From Azolla caroliniana (lineage: Eukaryota; Plantae; Polypodiophyta): a stretch of 64,000 nt of DNA. A program made the translations under genes and the position numbers. The notes beneath the pieces are model-generated. The model searched no databases, was not told the DNA's origin, and was given only the letters and a program-made list of their open reading frames with translations. Where the stretch lies: NCBI GenBank assembly GCA_043228905.1, contig JBHGNT010000005.1:15376001-15440000 (forward strand), written 5' to 3'. This document shows positions 33,541-44,742 of this stretch, in pieces (the stretch's first letter is position 1; each line of letters begins with the position of its first letter).

Positions 33541-35383
33541 TCGAAAATGCAATATGATATCAAGCTCAACTAGATTTAGTTAGTTAGTCAACACACACAA
33601 CTTAGTAGTTACATACATAGAATCTAGTTAAAGTGTTGACCTTAAAGCCTTAAATAGAATTTTGTACTTGAGTGGGATACATTGTAGATCCTCCACTCCC
33701 ATGTTAATTTAATATAGGACTTACACCCTTGTACCTATATTCTACTCACACATGTGCACCTTTGCACATGAGATGTATATATACCTCATTGTGGGTATTT
33801 TTGTATTTGATGATGCTTTTTAATATAGTTAATCATCCCCCATCTTGCCTTGTTGTTCATAAGTGCTCTTTCTCTCTACTTCTCACACTCTCACATACAT
33901 ACACACATATCAATTAATCTTCCGCTGCTTAATCATATAATTAGGTACTAATTAACTTGAAGTTAATTACCTAATTCTTAACATAGATGTTATGGCCCAA
34001 TGGAAAGGAAAACACGTTCCCGTTCACAAGTGGAAGGATCGCACATTGTGAAATATTACGGAATAGTACAAATTTAGGCTATTGTGAAATATTGGGTGCA
34101 CTAGTATCACATGATCAACCACCTATATAGAATTTGCTAAATTATTAATTTGTAACAAGTCTCTAAATAGAGAACATGTAGTTTTTAGGAAAATATTTAA
34201 AGTCGATGATCACCACTTCCACAATGTATTTAAATTTAAGAATATCACAATGGCGGTCTCATCTGACACAAGTGAATGATTGGAACAATATTATTAAACT
34301 AGATTTTGTTTTTTTGTAAGCTGGAGTTTGCAAGTTCTTAACCTAGTTTATCTATCCCGTAGAGGTGTATATGCCAGAGGAGGAAGTGATATCTATACAT
34401 TAGTGATTAAAGTTGATTCAAATTTATCCTTGTAGGATCTTGTAGGATATAATACCGAAGGTATATGTTTGTGAGAACCCAAGAAAATTATACATATAAT
34501 TACAGAGAAATATTCATTTTGGTTGTGTTTATCATAAAATAGATACACTCAAACATGTATTACACCTACTCAGCCTTAAACATGCTAAATAATTGGGAGC
34601 CAAAATAGAGACGACATTCAATTGTCAACGGTGAATAAGAAACGTGTATAGGAAGAGACACCCATAAACCCCAAAGCAAGAGGACACACCCAAACATACA
34701 AAGGAGTACTCATCATATTTGGAGAACACCCATAAATAGCTATACATACCAAGGAATGAGAACACCTACAACCATGGATCATTAATTGGAAACCCTAAAT
34801 GAACACATGATTATTAATCTATATTTAAATCCAAATACTGACAATATTTCAAAATAAGAGAGAAAATAAAATTGTAAAGTTTTAAGTGTTTGTAAAAGTA
34901 TGCTTTAATTCAAAATGTGACTGACCGTAAACGAAACGTGTTAAGGGTTTATACACCCGATTGGTGGATAAATATGAAGCAATGTTTCATTGATGAATAT
35001 GGAATAAAACAATTTAGCAGATGCATATAGATTAATGTTCTAATGAATGAATATACACTCATGTGCACATAATAATCAAATTGTACGACAAAGATAAAGC
35101 ACATATACATATAATTTGAACATTATACACTGTATAAATAAATAAATGTTTCAATGAATGTAGATAGACTAATGCTATAAAGAATGAAAGTAGAGCAAAA
35201 CATAATCTACAATTAATAATAAGATCGTGCAACAAAAAAAAGCACATCAAGCAAATAATTCAAACATTCAACAAACATCTATAGGACCACATTGATAAGA
35301 TAGAACCTTAAAAAAACGTAAATATTTTATTAAAAGCAACACGTTTGTGACAACTATATCAATTGTATCGAGATAAAAATGGT

Positions 35384-35898
35384 TTACATAGCTATGAGGG
35401 TATCTACATCATTGTCTTCGTCTTCCTTGGGTGAAGTATCCTCAATATTTTGTGCACTAATATCCACTCTAGATAGACTCGCTCATTTTCAAGGTCTATA
35501 AACTCCTTGGTTCACCAACTAGTGGACGGATGGGATCAAGGGAGGCAGGCTGAAAACATTTTGTATTTGCTATATGTTTTGTCCCTACCTCCTCGTCTTG
35601 ATTAGGGCATTCCCATAGTGCTCTAAGCCTCATATTTATGAAGATCACCTGCTCCTCATCCTTCTCCAATGCAATAGAATTATGGAAAAGTTCCAATGCA
35701 CACGTAGATGTAATACCTAACATCGATTAAAAAATAGGAATGATTCACATAATAGTTCAACAATGTAATTTGTTTCATCAAACAATTGGGACAATGAATT
35801 GAAAACAAATATAATATCCAATCATCTTCATTAGAGAACAATTCTACAAGGTGCATCTTCAGACGTTGAGGCTTCTAATAGGGATTGACAAGTTCCAC
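35384..35898 (-). pseudogene. N4/N6 DNA methyltransferase C-terminal exons, copy 1
   Basis: VNPY*KPQRLKMHLVELFSNEDDWILYLFS (35800-35898), then intron TTAG| and GITSTCALELFHNSIALEKDEEQ...IAM* (35716-35384); matches the copy at 44743-46099. Confidence 0.8.
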
Positions 35899-36524
35899 TC
35901 ATAGTCATGGCCCACTCATAGTCGGTCATATCTCTATTTGCAAGGGTTTCCGCCCTACTGCAGCCACAATTTTCTTCTGACTGACCTCGTCAAAAGGCTG
36001 CCCAACAATGTCATCATCAATCTAAGCCTCATATTTATGAAGATCACCTGCTCCTCATCCTTCTCCAATGCAATAGAATTATGGAAAAGTTCCAACGTTT
36101 TTCCTTTTTGGGAATAGGTGATGAGAGGGATTTGGGTGGTCTCAATGGGTTAGCTCTGATATTTTATTCGATTTTTTTAAATTGGTCTCTCGTCCTAAGG
36201 CTCAGTAGACCTAATATTAAACTAATAGAAACATCAACATTACTCTAAGGTTCAAGTTATTATTTTGGCCTTCAAAGATAGAAAAAAAGGCAAATGATGA
36301 AAAAAGACCATATAAAACCTATACTTTAGCACCATCTGTGAATCACAAACCTATCTAAATTCTCCCATTTTGAGTTCTAAAGTTTCTATTTAAATTAGCT
36401 TGTTGAGACTAATTTTAGCGTTTTTTGGTAGTTAAATACAACTAAAGACTACAAAACCCTTGGTTTTGTCCATGAATAACTCACTTCCATACATTATATA
36501 GAGAGTAACTCATATGCAATGGAA

Positions 36525-37460
36525 ACTCGATACATTGTACCAAGTTGGTGCACTGAGGAGCCTCAATTGATTACAACGTATGGAGTTTGGACTACAACTC
36601 AATTCATTGTATTGAGTTGAAGTCCCATGAGCCTCAACTCGATACAATGTAGTGACTTGGGACTCCTACTCAATCACATTGTATTGAGTTAGGACTCCAA
36701 CTTAGTAGATTGTATCGAGTTGGAAAGTCAACTCGATACAATGTATCGAGGTGACCTTCCAACTTGATACAATATATCGAGTTTTGGCTCTTAGGACTTC
36801 AACTCGATACATCGTATCGAGTTGGTGCACTTAGGAGCCTCAACTCGGTACGATGTATCGAGTTAGGGCACCTATGAGCCTCAACTAGATACATTATATC
36901 CAATTGGAAGGTCAACTCGATACAATGTATCCAGTTCAGACTCCAACTCGATACAATATATCGAGTTCGGACTCCAACTCGATACAATGTATTGAGTTGT
37001 GGTTCATAGGAGACCTAACTCGATACATTGTATCGAGTTGACCTTCCAACTTGATGCATTTTATTGAAAAGAAAAGTCAACTCAATACATTGTATCGAGT
37101 TGAGGCTCCTAAGTGCACCAACTAGATACAATGTATCGAGTTGAAGTACCAAGAGCCTCTATTCGATACAATGTATCGAGTTGACCTTCCAAGTCGATAC
37201 ATTTTATCAAATAGAGGTAGGTCAACTCGATACATTGTATCTAGTTGACCTTCAAACTCGATACTTATCCAGTTGCAAGGTCAACTACATACATTGTATC
37301 TAGTTGACCTTGCAACTCAATAAAATGGTCAACTAGATACATTGTATCTAGTTGACTTTGCAACTCCATACATTTTATCGAGTTGAGGATCATGGGGCTT
37401 TAAACTCAATAGAATGTATTAAGTTACAATCCAAAGTCTATACATTGTATCAAGTTATTG
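36525..37460. repeat. Array of about 28 copies of the 23-bp palindrome AACTCGATACAwTGTATCGAGTT
   Basis: Unit starts include 36730, 36761, 36801, 36842, 36883, 36914, 36945, 36976, 37017, 37048, 37079, 37120. Confidence 0.95.
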
Positions 37461-37688
37461 TCTTGCCTTGCAATTACTCGATATAATTTAGGGTTTAGAA
37501 ACAAAATGTCCGTACATTTTAGGGTTTAGGTTTTTACCTGGAGTCGGTCCTAGATGTCCTTTTGCTCGACAGGTTTAGTTTTCTTTTTTACTTGTTACTA
37601 ATTAATAGGTTAGTTAAGTAAGGTTAGTTAAGCATAATTATAGTTAGTTTTCTTTTTTACTTATTACTAATTAATAGGTTAGTTTAGC

Positions 37689-38180
37689 ATGTGCACAATT
37701 GCTGGAGAACACGATACCTCATATTGGGATGTGTTCTTTAATGATCAAGAGAAATTGTTGACAATTGTATTGTCGGTCCCTGGACCATGGAAATCCCCTT
37801 TATGTGATGTATACAACACTCTCATGATTCTCAAACTCATCTTCCTACACCTAATGCGATTAATGATAACTTGCTCCATCCACAACAAAGAGACATTTAT
37901 GTTGGACCAAGGACGACAAAAGTAGATGATCTAGGTGGGAATGTTAATTGCTACAACTGTTGATGATAATGAGCTAGGGCACCAATTTTGGATTGGTAAG
38001 GTTTTGGATGTGGTGATGCATGATAACCAAAATCAAATGCAGTCTATAAGGTCATCAATACATAATTTAGAATCACGCCATCAGGTTTCAAATGAAGACA
38101 ATGCTTTAATAGGTACATTTGAAGATGACGAGGAACAATCAACCTTGTATATTAGCTATAATAGTGATTCTAGATCATGA
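37689..38180 (+). pseudogene. Probable transposase C-terminal remnant of the TIR element
   Basis: Broken ORF (YWDVFFNDQEKL...DDNELGHQFWIGKVLDV) pointing toward the right TIR; no DDE core visible, so the identity is inferred from position. Confidence 0.4.
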
Positions 38181-38564
38181 AAGGAGTGATTTGAGTAAAC
38201 CCTAAACTCTTGAATGCAATTTTGATATCAAATTGTAATCAAATTCTGTTGTAATACTCGAATGACATAAAGGTTATGTTTTGAAATATGTCGCTTCGCA
38301 TGAAGATTGTTTGTTAAAAAAAACATTACTTGTTGTTTTTATGAGAAAATACACATCGTAACTTTTGGATCAAAGCCTAAATTTTATGACTTTCCAACTT
38401 TATGAAATTGTGGATTTTTAAGCTTTTCCAATGAAGTTTTGAGAACGTGTGATACTGGTATCATTGTGTTTTGTGAAATGGGTATATAAACACCAAAATC
38501 AAACGAAATATTCCTTATCCTTCCATTTTTGCACGATCCTTCCACTTGTGAATGTGAACGTGCT

Positions 38565-39420
38565 GGAAGCTTATTCGAAGCCATGATGTAGCATTTCTTG
38601 AGGATCAAACCATTGAAGACATTGAAAAGGTAAATGGTTCAACACTCATATAGGTGGTGGCCTTATTGATTTTGACCCAATTCCTATGTCTGGAGATGTT
38701 ACACATGGAGATGCTTCCCTTCAAGACAAAGATCGTAAAGATGTTGAGTAACCAAGTATTATAGATAATAGGGTTCATACTATTTTACGATGGACATGCA
38801 TTGAACGGAGAGAGCAAAGTTCCTTATGAGAGTGGTTAATCAACAAACTAGAAGGTCTACTAGAGAGAAACAACCATCTTAGATGTATCCTTGTTCAAAA
38901 TTTGGCTTAATCTCTTAAGAGGGGGACCCAGAGAGTTTTTATGATGTTTTAAACTATGGTTTATTGGAGAAAAGTCATGCATGATTAAATGAACTCTTTA
39001 TGGAAAAATAATACATTTGATTTAGTGGAATTTACTAATGGAAGAAAAACCTTGAAAAATTGGGTATTCAAGTTGAAACAAGGTGATGGTAACCGTGAAA
39101 ACATAGGTCTCATTTAGTTGTGAAGGGTTTCGGCCAAAAGAAAAGTATTGATTTTGAAGAAATCTTCTCCCTAGTAGTTAAAATGAGTTCAATTCGAGTC
39201 GTTTTAGTTTTGGCAACTAGTTTAAATATTGAGATTGAGCAACTTGATGTGAAGACTACCTTTCTGCATGGAGACTTTACATGATCAAAACTATGAGAGA
39301 TCTACATGGAACAACTACAAGATTTTAAAGTGAAAGATAAAGAGCGTCTAGTATATAATCTGAAAAAGAGTCTTTACAACTTGAAACATGCATTAAGGCA
39401 ATTGTACAAAAAGTTTTAGG
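38565..39420 (+). mobile_element. Old Ty1/copia integrase-end/RT remnant (host of the TIR element; begins ~33980)
   Basis: KLIRSHDVAFLEDQTIED, EIFSLVVKMSSIRVVL, EQLDVKTTFLHG. Confidence 0.8.
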
Positions 39421-40590
39421 TCATTCCGAAGGTACACCATGTTGCTCTTGAGTGCATTGGCGAAGTCGACGCAATCTCTCTGCATGTGTCCAACGTCGTT
39501 GCACCACATGCATCTAAGGTCGTTCGGTGGACGTCGGTCATGAGATTGACCCCCGCCATCCCTCCGAGCCTACGGAATCTAGAGATCGTGCACAATCTTG
39601 GTCAACCCCTCCACGGTTGTGCCTCCGGATGGTCCGACGACCACGTTGGCCGGAGATGTGCTTGACTCAAGCCACCATCTCATCTCTTCCGTTCGAGTCG
39701 GGATTGGTTCCTCCGACCTCCTCCCGGAAATAGGGCCAATCGTCGAAGACCCCGCATCGTTCCATTCTTGCTGTTTGTCAAAACGGCTACAAATTCTTTT
39801 CACTACGTTCCAGTTGTTCGTAAGCCCTTCATCCATCTCCAAGAGGAGACCTACCTTCTTCCAATCAAGTGCGTTGACAGACTTAATGAATAGTAGGACC
39901 TTGCTCGTATCAAGCGCAGTCTGATCTAACGTTGAGAGTAAGCCGAATTGCTTTTCGAATTTCTGAAGGTGTTGATGTGGAAGGTTGCTGGATCTGTCTC
40001 TCTCATCTTCATGTTGAATAATTGTCGAATCAGTATCAATTTTGGTGAGGAGGATTTCTTCTTGTAAACCGCCTATAACTTCTCCCACAAAGAGAAAGTT
40101 GTTGTCTCCTTGGCCATGTTGAAATAGATGTTTTCGGCCATATGCAGTCAAATGGTAGATCTGGCTATTTCGTCCATTTGATAGCGCCATTCTTTTGTAG
40201 ACATTGAAGTTGTCTTGGTAGTGTGGCTAATAGCTTCAACTTGTTGTTGGGCGAAGTTCTTACCATTGAACTTCGAGATTTCCATACTTGTGTCGGACTT
40301 TGTCACCATTCCTTTACTGGAAGTAGATGTTACTAACGTGGTCTTTTTTTCCAGCTAGATAACTTCCCTTTCTCAATCGTTTCTGCTTATCGTTTCCACT
40401 GGATAGCGAGGTTGCTCTAATACCACTTGATGGAAGTATATGGACAGATATGCGGAAGAATATGTATGAGGACCTTCAAGAGATGCACAACGAACAATAT
40501 AGATGTAAAGTAGGAAGAGAGACAGAAGATGAACACAGTTCTTAGCTTTAATGGAAGTTCTTTTTGGGTGAAAGCATGGGAGTGGAAACA
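39421..40590 (-). mobile_element. Ty3/gypsy 5' fragment: LTR end, Met-type PBS and gag with CCHC
   Basis: PBS TGGTATTAGAGC (40414-40425, minus strand); CMWCNDVGHMQRDC knuckle near 39470-39512. Confidence 0.7.
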
Positions 40591-40814
40591 ATTAGCTATC
40601 TCCTTGACATAGCTAATTAGCTATGCAAAAAGCTACCAATAATAAATAGTCTTTTTTGCATCATCAATGAAAACATTAGAATGTTTTAATTATATAAATG
40701 AGCACCATAAATGTGCATCATAACTGGAAACATTAATTAGCTACCAAATTCCTAGGTCCATTATGCATGATCCATTGCCACATCACCTTGGCCATCCCTT
40801 TGTCACTAATCAAG

Positions 40815-41810
40815 CTCGATTACTGCCACAATTCGCTCCTACTGAGGTCTCTCCTCCATTGTCGCCACTGTTTGGTCCTGGATTGTTGCCACTGTTTGAT
40901 CCGATTGAGTTCACTCCTCCATTGTCACCATTGTACTCTCAGTTGCCACTAGTGTTCGGTTCTGGATTGATGCCACTATTCGATCTGACTAAGTTCACTC
41001 CTACATTGTCACCATTGTACTCTCGGTTGCCACCAGTGTTCGGTCTTGGATTGTTGCCATTGTTCGCTTCGACTGAGTTAGTTCCTCCACTACGGCCATT
41101 GTACGCTTAGTTGTCTGCATTGTTTGGTCATGGATAGCAATAACTGTTCACTCCGACTGAGTTCAATCCTCCATTTCCGCCATTGTATGCTCAGTTGCCG
41201 CCACTGTTCAGTCATGGATTGTTGCTACTGTTCTATCCGACAGAGTTCATTCCTCCATTGTCACCATTGTACTCTTGGTTGCCACCAGTGTTCGGTCTTG
41301 GATTGTTGCCATTGTTCGCTCCAACTGAGTTAGTTCCTCCAATGCGGCCATGGTACACTTAGTTGTCGGCATTGTTCAGTCATGGATAGCAATAACTGTT
41401 CACTCCGACTGAGTTCAATCCTCCATTTCCGCCATTGTATGCTTAGTTGCCGCCACTGTTCAGTCATGGATTGTTGCCACTGTTCGATCTGACTGAGTTC
41501 AATCCTCCATTGTCACCATTGTACTCTCGGTTGCCACCAATGTTCCGTCTTGGATTGCTGCCACTGTTCGCTCCGACTGAGTTAGTTCCTCCATTGTAGC
41601 CATTGTACGCATAGTTGTTGGCATTGTTCATTCATGGATAACAATAATTGTTCACTCCTCCATTTCCGCCATTGTATGCTCAGTTGCCACCACTATTCAG
41701 TCATGGATTGTTGCCACTATTTGCTCCGACTGAGTTAGCTCCTCCATTGCGGCCATTGTACGCTCAGTAGTCACCATTGTTCGGTCCTCGAGTATTGCCA
41801 CTGATCGCTA
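40815..41810. repeat. Hierarchical tandem array (~21-bp subunits, 84-bp units, 252-bp higher-order repeat)
   Basis: TTGTCACCATTGTACTCT recurs at 40922, 41006, 41258 and 41510. Confidence 0.85.
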
Positions 41811-42386
41811 TATGATTCACTGATGATTTTACTTGCATTGGGTGTCGGTATTGTTGTTAGGCACTTGCAGCTTCTAAAACCTCCACTTTCGAACACTTAG
41901 CTCCTCTATTGCTAGGTAGCCATTACATCTACATCTTTGTTTGTTAATTATCTTGTGTATAATCTTGTGTATTGCGGAATAATTCTGTGTATTGTTGTTG
42001 CAGATAGACATCATGATCACCACTGTCGCACACTTGCCACCATTGTTCCCAATGGTGGTTAAGTAGCTTTCATTCAACCGCAACAAACAGTCACTTACCA
42101 CGACTGTGTACTCTTGCAAATGGTGGGATTGCTCCTGTCAATAACTGGTTTACATGTAGTATAGTCATTTACATATCGTGTTTTTTTCAATTTACTAATG
42201 AATATGTCAAGCCAGATGGAAGGGGAAGGAGGGTGTTTATCAATAGCCCTCGTGGATCATCAGGATAGGGATTAGGTTATCAGCACACAACAAGAGATAC
42301 GAAAGTATTGGGGAGAAAGAAAAGGAAACATTGTCAAATGTCAAAGGATAAGAAATACACTTCAACTAAAGGTAAGGATAGTATTG

Positions 42387-42748
42387 GTTACGATGTAGGT
42401 CTGAATACAACCGAGAATGTAAGTAATGAGACTACTATCATAGAGAGAAAGGTTGTAGACTATTTCAATGTTTAGACCAAGCACATCAACAATGAAGACA
42501 AGAAGGTAATTTATTTTATGGAATATTAAATGATCCATCGATAAAGGGATTAGTTGATTTTGATGTATTGTTACGATGTAGGTCTGAATACAACTGAGAA
42601 TGTAAGTAATGAGACTACTATCATAGATAGAAAGGTTGTAGACTATTTCAATGTTTAGACCAAGCACATCAACAATGAAGACAAGAAGGTAATTTACTTT
42701 ATGGAATATTAAATGATCCATCAATAAAGGCATTAGTTGATTTTGATG
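42387..42748. repeat. 183-bp tandem duplication inside a probable LTR fragment (about 42200-43335)
   Basis: GTTACGATGTAGGTCTGAATACAAC near 42387 and 42570; TATA-like CTATATAAA at ~42910. Confidence 0.75.
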
Positions 42749-44742
42749 GTCTCAATGAAAACATAACAACTATACTAGTAAATAATTGTTAAGCGCTTGG
42801 ATTGCACCACGACCGGTCATGAAGAAGAGCGCATCAACAAGGACCTATGAAGAGGAAAAAGGGCTAAGGGACATCCAAGTGTGAAAGGGCCATACCCTAA
42901 ATGTAAATGCTATATAAACCACATTGTGGTGGCTTTGTAAAGGTTCCTCCATTTGTAAAGATCTCCCTATCGATTAAGAGCTAGAGTTTCCTCTCCTTCT
43001 TGTAACCTTTAAGTTTAAGAGAGATTAGTGAGGTGTTTAGTTAGAGAACACTAATCTCTCTTCCTTGTTGGTGCTACAACCTCTTAACAAAGAGGGTTAA
43101 TAAACATATTCATTACTCTTATTTTCTATATTCATTACCCTATTGTCTATGAGAGTGAGCTTGAGAGAGTGAGAGAGATATCGTGCTTAATCATCTATTA
43201 ATCGTTAAGTGAGTGTGAGGCTCGAAGGTGTCCGACAACCATCTCCATCTAATTCACCATCAAAAGGGTATACGTTGGGCCGAGCTCTGCAAACGACATC
43301 CAGGAGTTAACTTCGTCGATACATAGATCTTACACAATAATCTTCGTAATAGTTCTATATCCATGAGTAGATCAGAAGATGATCTTGTCTGAAAAAGGTC
43401 TAGTCTAATGATGTTAGTTAACAGTGATGTTGATGAGCTTAACTCAATGTGCTATTTAAGGTAATCGTTGTTAGTAGAAAAAGTGTGTACAATACAATGA
43501 ATCGGTTAATTTCAGATGATGAAGGAACTAGTCTGTTAAAGCTAACCGCAAGATGTAAGCTAGTGCCACCCATAACATTAGTAATCAAGGATATAATCAC
43601 CATATTTTGGACTAATGAGGGTAAACACGTTCACATTCACAAGTGGAAGGATCGCGCATTCCACTTGTAGAATCTTCTTTAAAATATCTAAATATACCCT
43701 GTTTACAAAAATTGGATGCACTAGTATCACATGTTCCACAACTTGATTAGAATTTGCAAATATAAAAATACATGATAGGTCTCCGAGTGGATAACATTAG
43801 AAATTCAAATAAGTTTGGATGTGTTGATAAGTTAATGTAGGCATAATAAAGTTCAACAATGGCTCACTATCTCAATAATGTGCGACATGGCAAACACTAA
43901 GTTAAAGACTTATATTATTTTGGTAAGTTTTACAAAAATATGAGGTGCCAAAATGAGTTATAATTTATACTTTGACCCATACTCGTATGTATATAATTGT
44001 GGACAATATAGGATAGTGAACTTTAGGATAATGTGATTGGAATAATAAACTTATTAAGGTATTTAATACTTGTATTTAAAGTTGATCTAATTTATTCCTT
44101 AGTTTGTTCGCATGGGATCAAACCATATGTATATAATTGTGGACAATGTGAGACAATGAACTTTTGGATAATGTGATGGAAATAACAAACCTATTAAGGC
44201 TTTCAATACTTGTATTTAAAATTGATCTAATCTATTCCTTAGTTGATTCACATGGGATCAAACTCCAAACGATAACGCTGGTGGAACTACAAGCGTATAA
44301 AAACATGCGGATAACACCAGTGGAACCATTATCAACACCCTACACAATCTAAGTAGCAATGGAAGAGAAACATAATAGTTTTAACAATAGAAGACAAAGA
44401 TCCATAATATATGGACTGGTATATATTAGACACGGAATGGCAATCTCGACAGTTGATCGCAAATAACAACATGGACAGTCATGGCAACAATTCTACAAGC
44501 ATGTTATGTTAAGGTAAAGTTTGACCAAAATCAGCCTTAATGTAAACTAATTCATGTTTCTCCATATTGGTAGTCAGCAATACATGCGGTGAAACCAATG
44601 TCATAAGTCAACAAACCAAGTATATAGAAATAAAATTGAAACATATAGAAGACTATAAAGAATGGAATACACCAAGTAGAACCCAAAATTTCTATTAGTA
44701 ATGTGAATTCCAAACAATACATTTCGTCAACAAAAGAGTCTA

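Larger units (their letters stand above)
34011..38564. mobile_element. Internally deleted TIR DNA transposon (4-bp TSD; Sola-like is a tentative guess) carrying DNA-methyltransferase and transposase-like remnants, copy 1
   Basis: 35-bp TIRs AACACGTTCCCGTTCACAAGTGGAAGGATCGCACA / AGCACGTTCACATTCACAAGTGGAAGGATCGTGCA (30/35); TSD GGAA at 34007-34010 and 38565-38568; excision restores host copia frame RCYGPMERKLIRSHDVAF. Confidence 0.9.

Noticed and set aside
36525-37460. CRISPR array
   Set aside because: Spacers are only 8-18 bp and recur in both orientations, there are no cas genes, and the context is a plant transposon
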